From NCBI GenBank assembly GCA_965644495.1, contig CBFFSA010000007.1, positions 310,001-374,000 of the forward strand: a stretch of DNA of 64,000 nt. Reading direction: 5' to 3'. A program made the position numbers and the translations under genes. This document shows positions 22,380 to 33,276 of the stretch, piece after piece. The notes below the pieces were generated by a model, which ran no database searches, was not told where the DNA came from, and saw only the letters and a program-made list of their open reading frames with translations. This stretch comes from Perkinsela sp. CCAP 1560/9 (Eukaryota > Protista > Euglenozoa: Kinetoplastea). How positions within the stretch are numbered: position 1 is the first letter of the stretch; every line of letters begins with the position of its first letter.

Positions 22380-24161
22380 ATGAAACAATCTGAGCGTCTT
22401 GAACAGTTCCTTCAAAAGCGACGAGCATCGAAAACGCCCCGAAAACGGGATTTTTCTACGAGCAATACAGAAAGAAATTCAAGTACTCCGCACGGGAAGA
22501 AAGGATTTTCTCTCACCGCCTCACCAGTGGCGTCGGCTCGACCACAAAAACTTCATCTTGCATCACCAATCTCCCCTTCATGCGTCAAAGTCATTATTGA
22601 ACGCGAAAATCAAAACCGTGATGCTTCTCCGGAGTATCGAAGAGTATTGTTCTCAGAGGCTCCACGGGAACTTCATAAAAGCATTGAACGAAGCACCAGA
22701 AGCGAATCTAAGGTACCAACTACAGTAACTTCAGAGAACTCTATTTTACCTACGACCACTTTGTTCAACGACGAAGCTGAGAGTGCAAGAACGGATTCTA
22801 TTTCTAGAAATTTGCTTTCTGATCTCGATAGCGTTTCTGCGGAAAAATCATTCGTCCCGATGGAAACTCACACACATACGCCATCTCATGTTTCATGGAA
22901 TAGAGCGAGAAACCCGCCTCATACCTCTCCGGCAATCCGCACATTCCTACCGGACTCAAGACCACTGAGCTTAAATTTGTCTAATGAGAGCGTTGCACGG
23001 GTCGACACGCCTACAACTCAGAAAATCGAGACACCGGAGATCGTCAAAGCCGAGGTTGCTAGCGACAAACACGCTTCGCCCATTCGAGGAATGGAAAATC
23101 AGGGAAATCGATGTTACCTCAATTCGCTGTTGGTCGCTATACGTAGCGATCCTGCACTGTATGCATGGGTAATGGGAGAGCCAAACGATTCCACATTAAG
23201 TCCCACGATACGGGGAGAAATAAAGAAAATTTTCCAGGAGACGTTCGTACCCACCGGCGATCCAGTCAGTCTGCGTGCACTCATCATGTTGCTGGGTAAA
23301 CAAATGCCCATTTTTCGCTCCCGGCGTCAGCAGGATGTGCACGAAGCCTTTACTGTACTCCTATCTCTACTCATTGAAGAAGAGGACAAGCTCATGAAAG
23401 AGTCCTCTTTACTCGATAAGGCAGACGTAGACGGCAGCCATGGTTCGCAGCCCGAAAAAGAGACACCCACGCTGTCACACCTTTTGCAAATGGAGATAGA
23501 AAACTCGATTAAATGTGACGAATGCCACCATCAAGTTAGTGTCGTAGAAAAGTCGACCATGCTGTCTCTCCCTGTGGAACCCGGATATCAGTCGAATGGT
23601 AACACTACGGACACCTCCCTCCCTCCCTTGTGTCTTGTTTTAGAGCAGCTCGTCCGCAAGGTCTTGTGTGAGAAAGAATACATCCAGCACGCCTGCGAGT
23701 CATGCGGCGCAACCCGCGCCCTCTCCACCCTTTCCCCATTGACGCTGCCGCAAGTTCTGGTTCTTCATCTTAAGCGCTTCGACGCGAGTGGTCGAAAAAT
23801 CGTTCGTGAAGTTTTCACGACCCCTCGAATTCTGCTCTACACAAAAGCGGATGGCGCCATGTATGAATTTCGTTCCATGATTAGCCACGTGGGAGATCAC
23901 GTCACCAGTGGGCATTACATTTGTGATTTCCAAGCGCATCACAGTGACACGGAGGTCTTTCCCACACGCGTGGGCCACGGAGACGACACCATCCTGCTGG
24001 ACACAATGACACAAGACGATGGAGAAATCACCTCGGGGTCCGAACGTGGGGTGCCGATGATGGAAACGTTGGGACTTCGTGAACGGAAATCCTATTTAAT
24101 CTTTTACACAAAAATAGGAAATCTTCCTCCCCAGGAAGTGATTAGAGAAGTTACGGTTTGA
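22380..24161 (+). CDS. Ubiquitin-specific protease (USP/C19)
   Basis: GMENQGNRCYLNS Cys box, QQDVHE, LHLKRF, HVG..TSGHY His box. Confidence 0.9.
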   Translation: MKQSERLEQFLQKRRASKTPRKRDFSTSNTERNSSTPHGKKGFSLTASPVASARPQKLHLASPISPSCVKVIIERENQNRDASPEYRRVLFSEAPRELHKSIERSTRSESKVPTTVTSENSILPTTTLFNDEAESARTDSISRNLLSDLDSVSAEKSFVPMETHTHTPSHVSWNRARNPPHTSPAIRTFLPDSRPLSLNLSNESVARVDTPTTQKIETPEIVKAEVASDKHASPIRGMENQGNRCYLNSLLVAIRSDPALYAWVMGEPNDSTLSPTIRGEIKKIFQETFVPTGDPVSLRALIMLLGKQMPIFRSRRQQDVHEAFTVLLSLLIEEEDKLMKESSLLDKADVDGSHGSQPEKETPTLSHLLQMEIENSIKCDECHHQVSVVEKSTMLSLPVEPGYQSNGNTTDTSLPPLCLVLEQLVRKVLCEKEYIQHACESCGATRALSTLSPLTLPQVLVLHLKRFDASGRKIVREVFTTPRILLYTKADGAMYEFRSMISHVGDHVTSGHYICDFQAHHSDTEVFPTRVGHGDDTILLDTMTQDDGEITSGSERGVPMMETLGLRERKSYLIFYTKIGNLPPQEVIREVTV

Positions 24162-24305
24162 TCATCTTCATATTGGTTCCGTGAAGTTCAAACTATACAG
24201 TGCTCTGAAATGCATTTCACAATTCTGTAGACGGATGAATGGAACCTTATTTATTATTTAATACATTACTAGATTCCTTTTATTTTTTAGCCTAATTCTG
24301 ACGAT

Positions 24306-24983
24306 ATGGTGAGCTTGAAATTACAAGCACGACTCGCCGCGGATATTCTAGGCTGTGGACGACGACGTGTATGGCTGGACCCGAACGAGGCGAGCAACAT
24401 TGCGAGCGCAAACTCGCGTGCCACAGTTCGTCGGCTCATCAAGGACTTCTTCGTTATCCGTAAACCGAAGGAAATTCGTTCTCGCGCGCGCTGGGCCCGT
24501 CGAAAGGCAGCCAAGCGCTTGGGGCGACACATGGGCATCGGACTCCGCCACGGTACGAAGGAGGCCCGGACTCCCTCGAAGAAGCTTTGGATACAGCGCG
24601 TGCGTGTGTTGCGTCGTCTCTTGGCGAAATATCGTGAGATGAGGAAGATTGACAAACACCTGTACCGCAAGCTGTATATTTCCATCAAAGGGAACGTGTT
24701 TCGTAACAAGCGTAATTTGATGGAACATATCCACCGTGCCAAGAGTGAGCTTGTACGCGAGAAACAATTGGCCGATCAGTTGGAAGCGAAGAAACTGAAG
24801 AACATGCAGAAGCGAGAGAAGCTGCGGAAGCGAGAGCAACAGCGCCGGGAGAAGGAACGCGAAAAGGCACACGCTGCGAAACTTGAAGTAATTGCTCGAC
24901 AAAAGGCCGCAAGCAAGCCCCAGACGGGGAAGTCAGGGAAGAAAGCAGTCGCGCCTGCCACTAAGAAGACGAAAACAAAGTAA
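24306..24983 (+). CDS. RPL19: 60S ribosomal protein L19 (eL19) with C-terminal extension
   Basis: [38 protein letters not shown]; basic extension as in kinetoplastids. Confidence 0.97.
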   Translation: MVSLKLQARLAADILGCGRRRVWLDPNEASNIASANSRATVRRLIKDFFVIRKPKEIRSRARWARRKAAKRLGRHMGIGLRHGTKEARTPSKKLWIQRVRVLRRLLAKYREMRKIDKHLYRKLYISIKGNVFRNKRNLMEHIHRAKSELVREKQLADQLEAKKLKNMQKREKLRKREQQRREKEREKAHAAKLEVIARQKAASKPQTGKSGKKAVAPATKKTKTK

Positions 24984-25169
24984 GGAAAGTTGTTTGTGAT
25001 AAAGGATCGTAAAAGTACGTAAAGTTCTTGTGTAACAAAGCGGATATTCGAAACAAATTATCATATCTTTTTATATTCATGCTGGGGTTGGATTGTTCTA
25101 GTTAAGGCAAGTTTTCTCTTATTTACCTAATCCTAGATTGGTATGCATTTATAGAAGTAACAATGTAAA

Positions 25170-26885
25170 ATGTTTTTCGAGAAGAAGAGCCCGGGGACAT
25201 GGACCTACCTCTGGTTTCTTTTCACAGCTGCTGCGCGTTGTATGCTGAGCTGGAACCTTCCCATAGTAGATTGCGATGAGACGTATAACTATTGGGAACC
25301 GCTGCACTTTGTGTTGTATGGCTCTGGGATGCAGACATGGGAGTACTCGCCTCGTTACGCGCTCCGCAGTTGGCTGTATATTTTACTTCATGCCGGGCTC
25401 GCTTATCCAACCTATGCATTAGGGCTTCCGAAGCCCCTGGTGTTTAGAAGCGTCAGATGCCTGCTTGGAATTTTCGTTACCCTCTCCGAATACTATTTTT
25501 ACAAGGGAGTGAGACATCGTTTTGGGTTCTCGATAGCAGCCCTTTCACTTTTGTTTATGTCTCTAAGCCCTGGAATAAATGCAGCTTCAGTTTCCTTCCT
25601 TCCCTCATCATTTGTAATGCTGAGCAACTTGCTAGTCTTTGGGGCCTGGATGAGGTATGGCACATCAAACCCAAAAAATTGGCAAATTGCATGCGCCTTC
25701 TCGATTGTTGGTTGCTTTGTGGGATGGCCCTTTGGAGGACTTTGCTTGGTACCAATTGCCCTGCATACCCTGCACGTATACGGATGGAAACAACCTTTCG
25801 TATTCTGTTCAGTGTTATCTTTGTTCACATTTACAATGCTTTTTGTTACTGACTGGATGTGGTACTGTGTACCAGTTAGTTCATTTCTACGAATTTTGAG
25901 TTATAACGTGTTCTCACAGGATGGAGGTGGGGCCACTCTGTATGGGACGGAACCTTGGACGTTCTTCGTGAAGAATTTCGCGATGAACTTTTCCGTTGTT
26001 TTTCCGTTGTCTCTTATTTTACCCCTACGCTGGCTGCTGCAAATGATGAGTTTCCTTTATAATAAGGCGCGGAACAAAAAAGTCAAGAAGCACGTTCCAT
26101 CACTTTCAACACCACTGCTATTCTGCCTGCCATACTACATATTCTTCGGTTTCTGGTTATTTGTCCCACATAAAGAGGAACGGTTTATGTTTCCTGTGTA
26201 CCCATTGATATGTCTTTCGGCAGCAATAGCGTTTCAAAATATTTATTCGGTCTGGCAGCGACGCGGTTTCCACTACCATGTTGCAGCGCACAGAATCCTT
26301 ATTGTCTTTTATGCCGTACTCTCTGTCGCTAGAATAGTTTTACTCTGCGTCGAGCACAGAGGTGCTGTGCAGCTGCATGAAAATCTTTTCCGCTCGATTC
26401 CTTCGGTCGAAAAGCATTACAAGCGTTGCGGAACCTCATGTAGCGGACGTTCAGTGACAGTATGTTATGGTAAAGAGTGGTATCGTTACCCCAGCTCTTT
26501 TTTTCTTCCAAAGCCTGACGTGAATCATACTTACTCAATAGCGTATGTTCCGTCTGAGTTCCACGGACAATTGCCTGCGCCGTTCATGAACAGTTGCACA
26601 GACGGTACAAAGTTCAATCACTTGAATCAACGTATTGGGAACCTATACACATCTCCTGCGTCATGCGATTTTGTAATTGATTCATTAGAAACAGGCAGAG
26701 AATCTGATTTTTCGTCTGACCAATGGGTGAAACTATATACGGCTTCAATTCTCGATCCTCCTCGCTCACCATTTTGGTCACGCTCCTTCTATATACCGTA
26801 CTTGAGCCCTCAAGTAAATAATTACATCAGTTTGGATCTACTAATACACAAAAAATATTGCTCTACCCATACCTTCCCCGTGTAA
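25170..26885 (+). CDS. ALG9: Alpha-1,2-mannosyltransferase
   Basis: DCDETYNYWEPLH, QTWEYSP.YALRS, PHKEERF, CYGKEWYRYPSSFFLP. Confidence 0.95.
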   Translation: MFFEKKSPGTWTYLWFLFTAAARCMLSWNLPIVDCDETYNYWEPLHFVLYGSGMQTWEYSPRYALRSWLYILLHAGLAYPTYALGLPKPLVFRSVRCLLGIFVTLSEYYFYKGVRHRFGFSIAALSLLFMSLSPGINAASVSFLPSSFVMLSNLLVFGAWMRYGTSNPKNWQIACAFSIVGCFVGWPFGGLCLVPIALHTLHVYGWKQPFVFCSVLSLFTFTMLFVTDWMWYCVPVSSFLRILSYNVFSQDGGGATLYGTEPWTFFVKNFAMNFSVVFPLSLILPLRWLLQMMSFLYNKARNKKVKKHVPSLSTPLLFCLPYYIFFGFWLFVPHKEERFMFPVYPLICLSAAIAFQNIYSVWQRRGFHYHVAAHRILIVFYAVLSVARIVLLCVEHRGAVQLHENLFRSIPSVEKHYKRCGTSCSGRSVTVCYGKEWYRYPSSFFLPKPDVNHTYSIAYVPSEFHGQLPAPFMNSCTDGTKFNHLNQRIGNLYTSPASCDFVIDSLETGRESDFSSDQWVKLYTASILDPPRSPFWSRSFYIPYLSPQVNNYISLDLLIHKKYCSTHTFPV

Positions 26886-27081
26886 GTGTGTACGTACACG
26901 TGTAAGTTAGCCACTTACACTTAGTGTACACACTTTTTTTGTAACACGTTTTGTAAAGGTTGCACAGCGAAAAAATGATAATGTTTACTTACTGAACGAA
27001 ACTAGTCAAGTTTAGTGTAGTGTTTCATCTGATTACATCCTTTCGTGACTTTTTTAAACGGTTTTATCTACTTTCTCTTAC

Positions 27082-29268
27082 CATACGTAGTGGTTCACTG
27101 AACCACCTTTTGGTTCAATGGTTCATCGGGTTCATTGAACCCATTTTTGAACCCACTGAACCCATTTCTAAAGTAAACAAGATTTCGAAAGACTTGGTAT
27201 TTTAGGCTGCTTTCTCAGCTAAAAACTCAGTATTTGCACATGAAGTGTTACAGAAACGGTATCTTTATCTTTAAAAGGATAATTATGCATGCCTTAGAGG
27301 GGTGACTCTGGGTGGGAGTGACTGGGAGCGCCTAGGATATCTTTCGTCAAAAATTTATTCCTTAGTTTCTTAATATTTTTTTCTTCAATCGGAAAATACA
27401 GAAATCATTTTACTGGAATTCTGCAGGACTTAAACGAGGGTTTGGGCATGTAATACACGTTAATAATACATTTTGCTAGGATTTTTTCCGACTTTTTTCG
27501 TGAAAAAAATCCGAACTTGGCGGGCCCATCCTGCGGATACCAGGGGGGGTCACCCCCACGTGGGGTTGTAAAATTTGTTCACTTTTTTTAGTAATCGAGG
27601 GTACAGCGGTAGTTAAACAACCACAGCAATACGCCTAACGTTAGACGCCTAACGTAAGACCGTCGAAGCGGTGGGCTTTTCTTGGTCGAATGAGCAGAGC
27701 GTTGTAGGATCGGACTGCGTCAGAGACTCTGCTAGCTCACCCGCTAAAACTCCACCATCCCAGATTGTTGGTACGGGACGGTCCTGGCTGGAGAAACGAA
27801 TTTTTTTACGCTTTTGACCACAGCTTGCGCGAGTGTAGTTCCACCTCCACCGAGGTTACAAGGTTGACACGCGGGAAAAGGTTGTTCTGATAACGTATTC
27901 CCGGCGATAGACTTGCCACGCCGTCTTACAACCCAGGAACGCGGTTAACGACCCCACGAATAGGGGTTAAACAGGAATAGGAATGGACAAATCCCTGCAG
28001 CTAACAGGAAGTCCTTACTTCGGAAAGCTGGGGCCACGCCCCATCAACGACGACAGCCCAACACCAGTCTCCCTTTCTAACTCTTTGTCATGTTAGCCCA
28101 GCACGTTCCATCCAAGGGACATTGAGGATTCTGCACCTCTTTGCGAAAATCATTTCACCAAGTCGGATCTCCGTAGAAGTTTACTGGGAGCGCCTGGGAG
28201 CGCCCGGGCAGGAGTCACCCCTAAGTTTTCATCGCCCAAAATATTTTTTTTTATTTTTTTTTGGCCAGCCGAGTGCATCCTCGAGTCTTGGCAAACAAAG
28301 AAAAGAGTGAAGATAAATCATAATAAAAAAATGTAAATGTATATCGATCACTACATATTACAGTACATAACATTGAGGCGACGCCTAGTTACGCCTCAAG
28401 ATCAGAAAATTCAGAATTCAAATACCGAATGTTACAGTGCACAAAGGCTAACAATGCGATCTTATCTGGCGCCATGCTAGCTTGTCGGCAGTTAAATTTG
28501 TGTCCCATAGCAGAAAGGACAGAATCGTCCCATTACAGCTTTGGGAGTCTGATCGTCACGACTGATTCCTGAACAATGGTGGTTAAGGTGTATGTTGTAT
28601 GTAGATTCGCAATGTGAATGAAACACCTCTTTGCAGTATCGACACCGAAGATGAAGAGAGTGTCCCGAGGCGTCCTTCAGTGCCTGTTCTTCATATTGGT
28701 TACGTACCTCGGCAGCTCTACATACTGAATCATTGCTACACATCTCGTCAAGAAAATGAGCCTGAATGCTGGCTTTCTTGAGAAGATTTATACCTCCCCG
28801 TATTCGTGTCCTTTTCTTGGCCCGGTTCGGAGTCGCTTCAGCATCAAGGGAAGACTGGGAGGGAGCTTCCGAAATTCTTTGTGACATTGTAGCAGCTGCT
28901 TCTCGGCAGTCTCTATCCGAAGCAAGTGTTCTAGGAGGTGTTGCATCATCCTCTCCAGGCAAAATGTTCCCCGCGTTTCTTACTAAATTTGTTGGAGCGG
29001 TATTCGATGGAGATGGCGCTGGGGAATCTGAATCCGGTACAGAGCGGCGTGCTCGTGGCTTCTCTTTGGGCATATACTTTGAGCATATTTCCGATGATGT
29101 GGAAGAAACTATAAAAGCGTAGTGATACAGGAATCAGAAGAAATACTATATTGGATTCAAACGTTTATAGGAGTAATAGACATATTACATGGAGAAGCAG
29201 TAGATAAATATTTGGGTTCAGTGGGTTCAATGAACCAAGAAATAGGGTTCACTGAACAACTAGGTATG
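27082..29268 (-). mobile_element. Non-autonomous hAT-like element with 6-bp TSD and a BED-finger-like remnant
   Basis: TIR catac(g/c)tagt(g/t)gttca(c/g)tgaacc; tgaaccc subterminal repeats; TSD TCTTAC at 27076-27081 and 29269-29274; ORF 29073-28492 contains CRYCKEVF..STYNIHLNHHC. Confidence 0.75.
27298..28222. mobile_element. Nested unclassified MITE
   Basis: TIR aggggtgactc / gagtcacccct; ctgggagcgc repeats near both ends; no clear TSD. Confidence 0.55.
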
Positions 29269-29274
29269 TCTTAC

Positions 29275-30194
29275 CTATTTCCCGCTTCCCGCTTACTCCT
29301 TTTCCCCTTACGTGCTTTCGCCTTTCCTATTGACCCCCTTGAACCACGTACCCCTTACCCATTTTCCCCTGGCCCATTTCCACCTTTCTCACTTTCACCT
29401 TACCTCTTACCCTCTTCCCTTCTGATCAGCGACCTGCCTCGCCGGACCGCTGCTCACAATTTACAGCGCGTTACGGACCGGGTCTATCGACCCCTCCACG
29501 GCCTGACTTGAGAAACCTTCCTTTGTTATGCGGGAGGGCGCAGGAGCGGGCCTGTGTCGACAGCGACACGGTCTCGAAACCAGGTGTTGATCGGTTGGGT
29601 CGGTAGGCTCCGGATCCCTACCTACCTCACATTGGGTTACCCCACTCGTGAAAGTGAGGCGTGAGAATAGGCACTGTCGGCCCGACCAGCACCCGTAACG
29701 GCCACTTTTCATAGGAAGACATCCTCGGCCGCGTTCCGCGTGTTGAATGAACAGCTTAGGTCGCTCTTCGGTGGATGCAAGAGAGGATAGAGCTACTTCC
29801 ATGTCTACTTCCGTGTTCCATGTACACCACTTCCATGTCGCCATATCCTATCAGGGCTGGATCAGGTGTCGGTGGGGATCGTAACACCATCATACGTGCT
29901 TGCGACCGCATTAGAGTGACGTTCAGGCCAGCTAGAAGTTGATGTAAGGCTTCTTTTTTCGATAGATTGCCGGAGTGCATCAAGTGTTCAATTGCTACGT
30001 CACGGATCACTGCCATGAGCCGTATGATTCTACGGCCATAGCCGCAAATCTTAGTTTGGCTGCGGCGGCTTCTCGTTGTTTCGGCTTGTGTTCCGTTGCG
30101 CATGTTTCCGCAAACGATCCAGCTGAAACCACGCTAGCATCACGGACGAGATCCACATATTTTGTTCGCTGGACGTGGGTTACAGCGAAATCCA
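29275..30194 (-). mobile_element. 3' fragment of a CRE-like RLE retrotransposon (copy B)
   Basis: DFAVTHVQRTKY..FAAMAVESYGSW..LNVTLMRSQARM endonuclease tail, then a structured UTR and purine-rich tail. Confidence 0.8.
29467..29695 (-). ncRNA. Conserved structured 3' UTR RNA (copy B)
   Basis: Collinear with 30330-30540, with compensatory changes in the hairpins. Confidence 0.6.
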
Positions 30195-30329
30195 TTTTTT
30201 TTCTCACCCTCTGACTTACTTTTTTCCAACTTTCTCCCTACTTCCGTACTTTCTCCTACTCAACTTTTCATGTTTTCAGTAAGGTCCCCTCAGCTTCTCC
30301 TCCCCGTGCAGGTGACTCCCTAACCATTC

Positions 30330-30540
30330 CCGCGTTCCGGACAGGGTCTTTCCACCTCTCTTCGGCCTGACTTGTGAACCCTTCCCTTGTTATACGTGGG
30401 GACCTGTGTCGACAGCGACACGGTCGCGAAACAGCATGCTGGCCGACGGGGAGGAACAAAGTTCCTGACCTCACTTGGAGTACCTAGCCCGTGAGGGCTA
30501 GGCGTGATCATAGACCCTGTCGGCATCGACCAGCATACGG
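30330..30540 (-). ncRNA. Conserved structured 3' UTR RNA (copy A)
   Basis: 13-bp and 10-bp crossing helices plus three hairpins; G-U pairs fit only on the minus strand. Confidence 0.6.
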
Positions 30541-31927
30541 ACCTGCAGTTTGTGTCCCCGTGACCATCCACACGTTCAGCGTCTTTTTGGATACCATAGC
30601 GTATTCGCCATGCAGGACCGGGTACGTAGGTAGGGGCCTATGTCGCTACTTTTGGATCCGTTGGGTCTGGCACGCAGATATACGAAACCATCATTCTGGC
30701 TTGGAGTCACACTAACGCAACGTTCAGCTCCGTCCGGAGTTCATTTCGCGCTTGGCTGCGAGACATAAATTCTTATGACGCGTTCGCTCGTTGCGTTCCG
30801 ATGTCCCATAGGAGCACTAAAACACTCTCGCTCCAGGAGCCAGATAATTCCACAACCACTGCTGTGAAAAGGAACCCGGCTTCGGTTGCTTCCTGTCGCT
30901 ATCTCGCTTTGGTCTGTGTGTAGTGCTCGGCAAAAGACCCTGAGGCCACCCAGCTAGCATTACGGACTGAGTCCAAATACTTTATTTGCTGTGCGTGGGT
31001 GACCGCAAAATCTAGAACTATGCCTTGCACAGTGCCCTTGGCTAAGAATGCAGTTGGTAGGAAGAGGTCCGCTGGCCTTGTGAGAGCTCCTCCTGGCCCT
31101 CGACTTCCCAAACTCTTCTCTCTCTCTGTGGTTGATGGAAGGCTTTGCTGCAAAAGGACGTTAATTGTTGCACTACAGCATAATGTCGTGAGAGTATACC
31201 GTGTCCATTCCTACAGAACAAAGCGTGCTCTCCGTTTTTGAGTAAGGGAAGGGTGCAGCAATCAGTTGCGCATGGTTGATCCTCCGGCAAGATATTCATC
31301 CTGAGCAACCAGCGCGTCAGGCTCCGAAACTTTTTGTGGGTGAAGCCTCTGCTCTTGTTACAAAAGCCCAGTTTCCGGGCCCCTCCCTGATTGAGAAATC
31401 CATCGTGCCCTCGTCCTTGCATCTCCTTTCATGTACGCAGCCTGAAATTCACTTTCCAATATTGCTCGGCTGAGGTGCCTCTGTCGTGGTATAATGGTTT
31501 CCTGTTCGGTGGAGTCGGAGGGGAGAGTGTTGTTGAGAGATGGGGTGTATTTTCGTTTAGCAGGGCGGACCAGGCGCCTCGTCCCTCATTCTGTTCAGCT
31601 GGGGAACTGGGTCCAGTGATCGTACCAACTGGATCTGCTCCGACTTCGTTATTTATACATGTATACCGGACGGAATCTGAAAATCCTTCTGCTTCGGTTG
31701 GTTCCCGGCTATCCATGTTAGCAGCAAAAGTGACAGAGGAAGCAAATGCAGCTGACTGGTGGAGCAATGATGAACGAAGTCCGAACCCCCCCGTGGCGTT
31801 TCGGTCGTTGGATTTGGTCGCGAGCGGAGAGGTCTAGGTGGGAAATTGTGTGTTCCACGGCGTTGAGCAAAAGTGAATCACGCTGTTGGCATAATGAGGG
31901 CTTGTGGGGTTGTGCGTAGCGCACATA

Positions 31928-32667
31928 AAGGGGTGTAAATTTGGATGTGGGGGGGGTCTAAAATTTGTAAAACTTGGCCAATTTTGGAAAATAATAGCGC
32001 ATTCGAGAGCCCTCGAACAGGGCTCATGAACGTGCATGTACGGCATCTGCGTTAATTAGATTTTCAAGTGCACATAAAAAAACTCATTTTTTTGGGAAAC
32101 AAAATCTTGCATTTTTCACAGGTTTTCTGATTTCTCCCCTGATTCGTGCAACAAAGACGGGGTTGTGGGCGATCGCCCGAATACAAAGACTACGAAAGGG
32201 CTTATTCTTCGCCTGGGCACGTAAAAGCAAGCTGGTGCATGGTTTTTGTTGCCGATTACGAAACAACACAATCTTTTTCGCTCTAAAAATTTATTTTCCA
32301 TAGTGGGCGACTTCAAAAATGGTTGAGCCCCTCGGAATCGCGCAGATTTGATCATTGCGATCGAAGCAGCTTTTCAAGGCCCCTGAAAATGCCATGCAGA
32401 GCTTTCGAAAGCGATGCCGTATTGTAATTGAGATAAAACGACGATAATGGCAATTAATAATTTTTTTTTTGATATTTGCTATTGCTTTAGAAAGTTGCAA
32501 ATAGCATTTGGGGGTTCTTTGTCTAGGGGGTAATACCCCCTTGTGCCTAGTTCGGTCATGTTACGTTCATGAGCCCTGTTCGAGAGCTCTCGAATGCGCT
32601 ATTATTTTCCGAAATTGGCCAATTTTTATAAATTTTAGACCCCCCCACATCCAAATTTACACCCCTG
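31928..32667. mobile_element. Tc1/IS630-like deletion derivative with ~110-bp TIRs
   Basis: TA|aaggggtgtaaatttggatgtggg ... ccaaatttacacccctg|TA; internal transposase C-terminal remnant shared with 44880-45030. Confidence 0.92.
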
Positions 32668-33276
32668 TATCATTTGACAAAATCTTGCGCTTTGCCGTAC
32701 TAGCGTGAGGCCACTTGCGGGTCTTCTAACACGACGGTAGCTTCCAATGTGTCCCGGGCTGGCCCAATCGCGTGCATCTCTAGGAATCCACAGTGCTCCG
32801 CAGAGCCAACGGGGCTTACAAGGATATCAAAGTTCCCATCGTTACGGATTTTCTAGCTCGAGATATCGGGGAAGAAAACGGAGGTGTGGGCTGATGCTGG
32901 GGGGGGGGGTAATAACCTCACACTGGGTGAGGTTTAGAAAAAGTTCCCACTTCGCTTCTATCTCAGCGATGATGTCTAGGGCCTTCCGGACTTCGTTCAG
33001 TTCGCCTACAAGTACGCCGTCGTCAAGATACCAAAACTGTGTTCGTAATATTTCCTTCGTTACCTCTTCTAGAACCAAAGAGAAGAGAAGAGGGCCTAAG
33101 GAATCCCCTTGTTCTTAATTACCTCTTGTTTTTAATTTCGAAGACATGTACGGAGTTTTTTTATTTTCGTTTCGCATGTGCATCCGAAATGTGCTGATAC
33201 TCGCAGTACCTTGCAAAGAATATACACCACTGTTTTTATCGTTTTCTCAATCAATTTTAACGTTCTTAACAGGTTC

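Larger units (their letters stand above)
30195..33115 (-). mobile_element. 5'-truncated CRE-clade RLE retrotransposon (copy A), split by a MITE
   Basis: EQGDSLGPLLFSL, FWYLDDG, FCQMICALRTTP (restored across the MITE), C..DCC..GEHALFC..LSRH, RPADLFL..LDFAVTH; A8 run at the 3' end. Confidence 0.85.

Noticed and set aside
26880-26935. Palindromic gtgtac/gtacac cluster after ALG9
   Set aside because: Short and low-complexity; no element boundaries or second copy seen.
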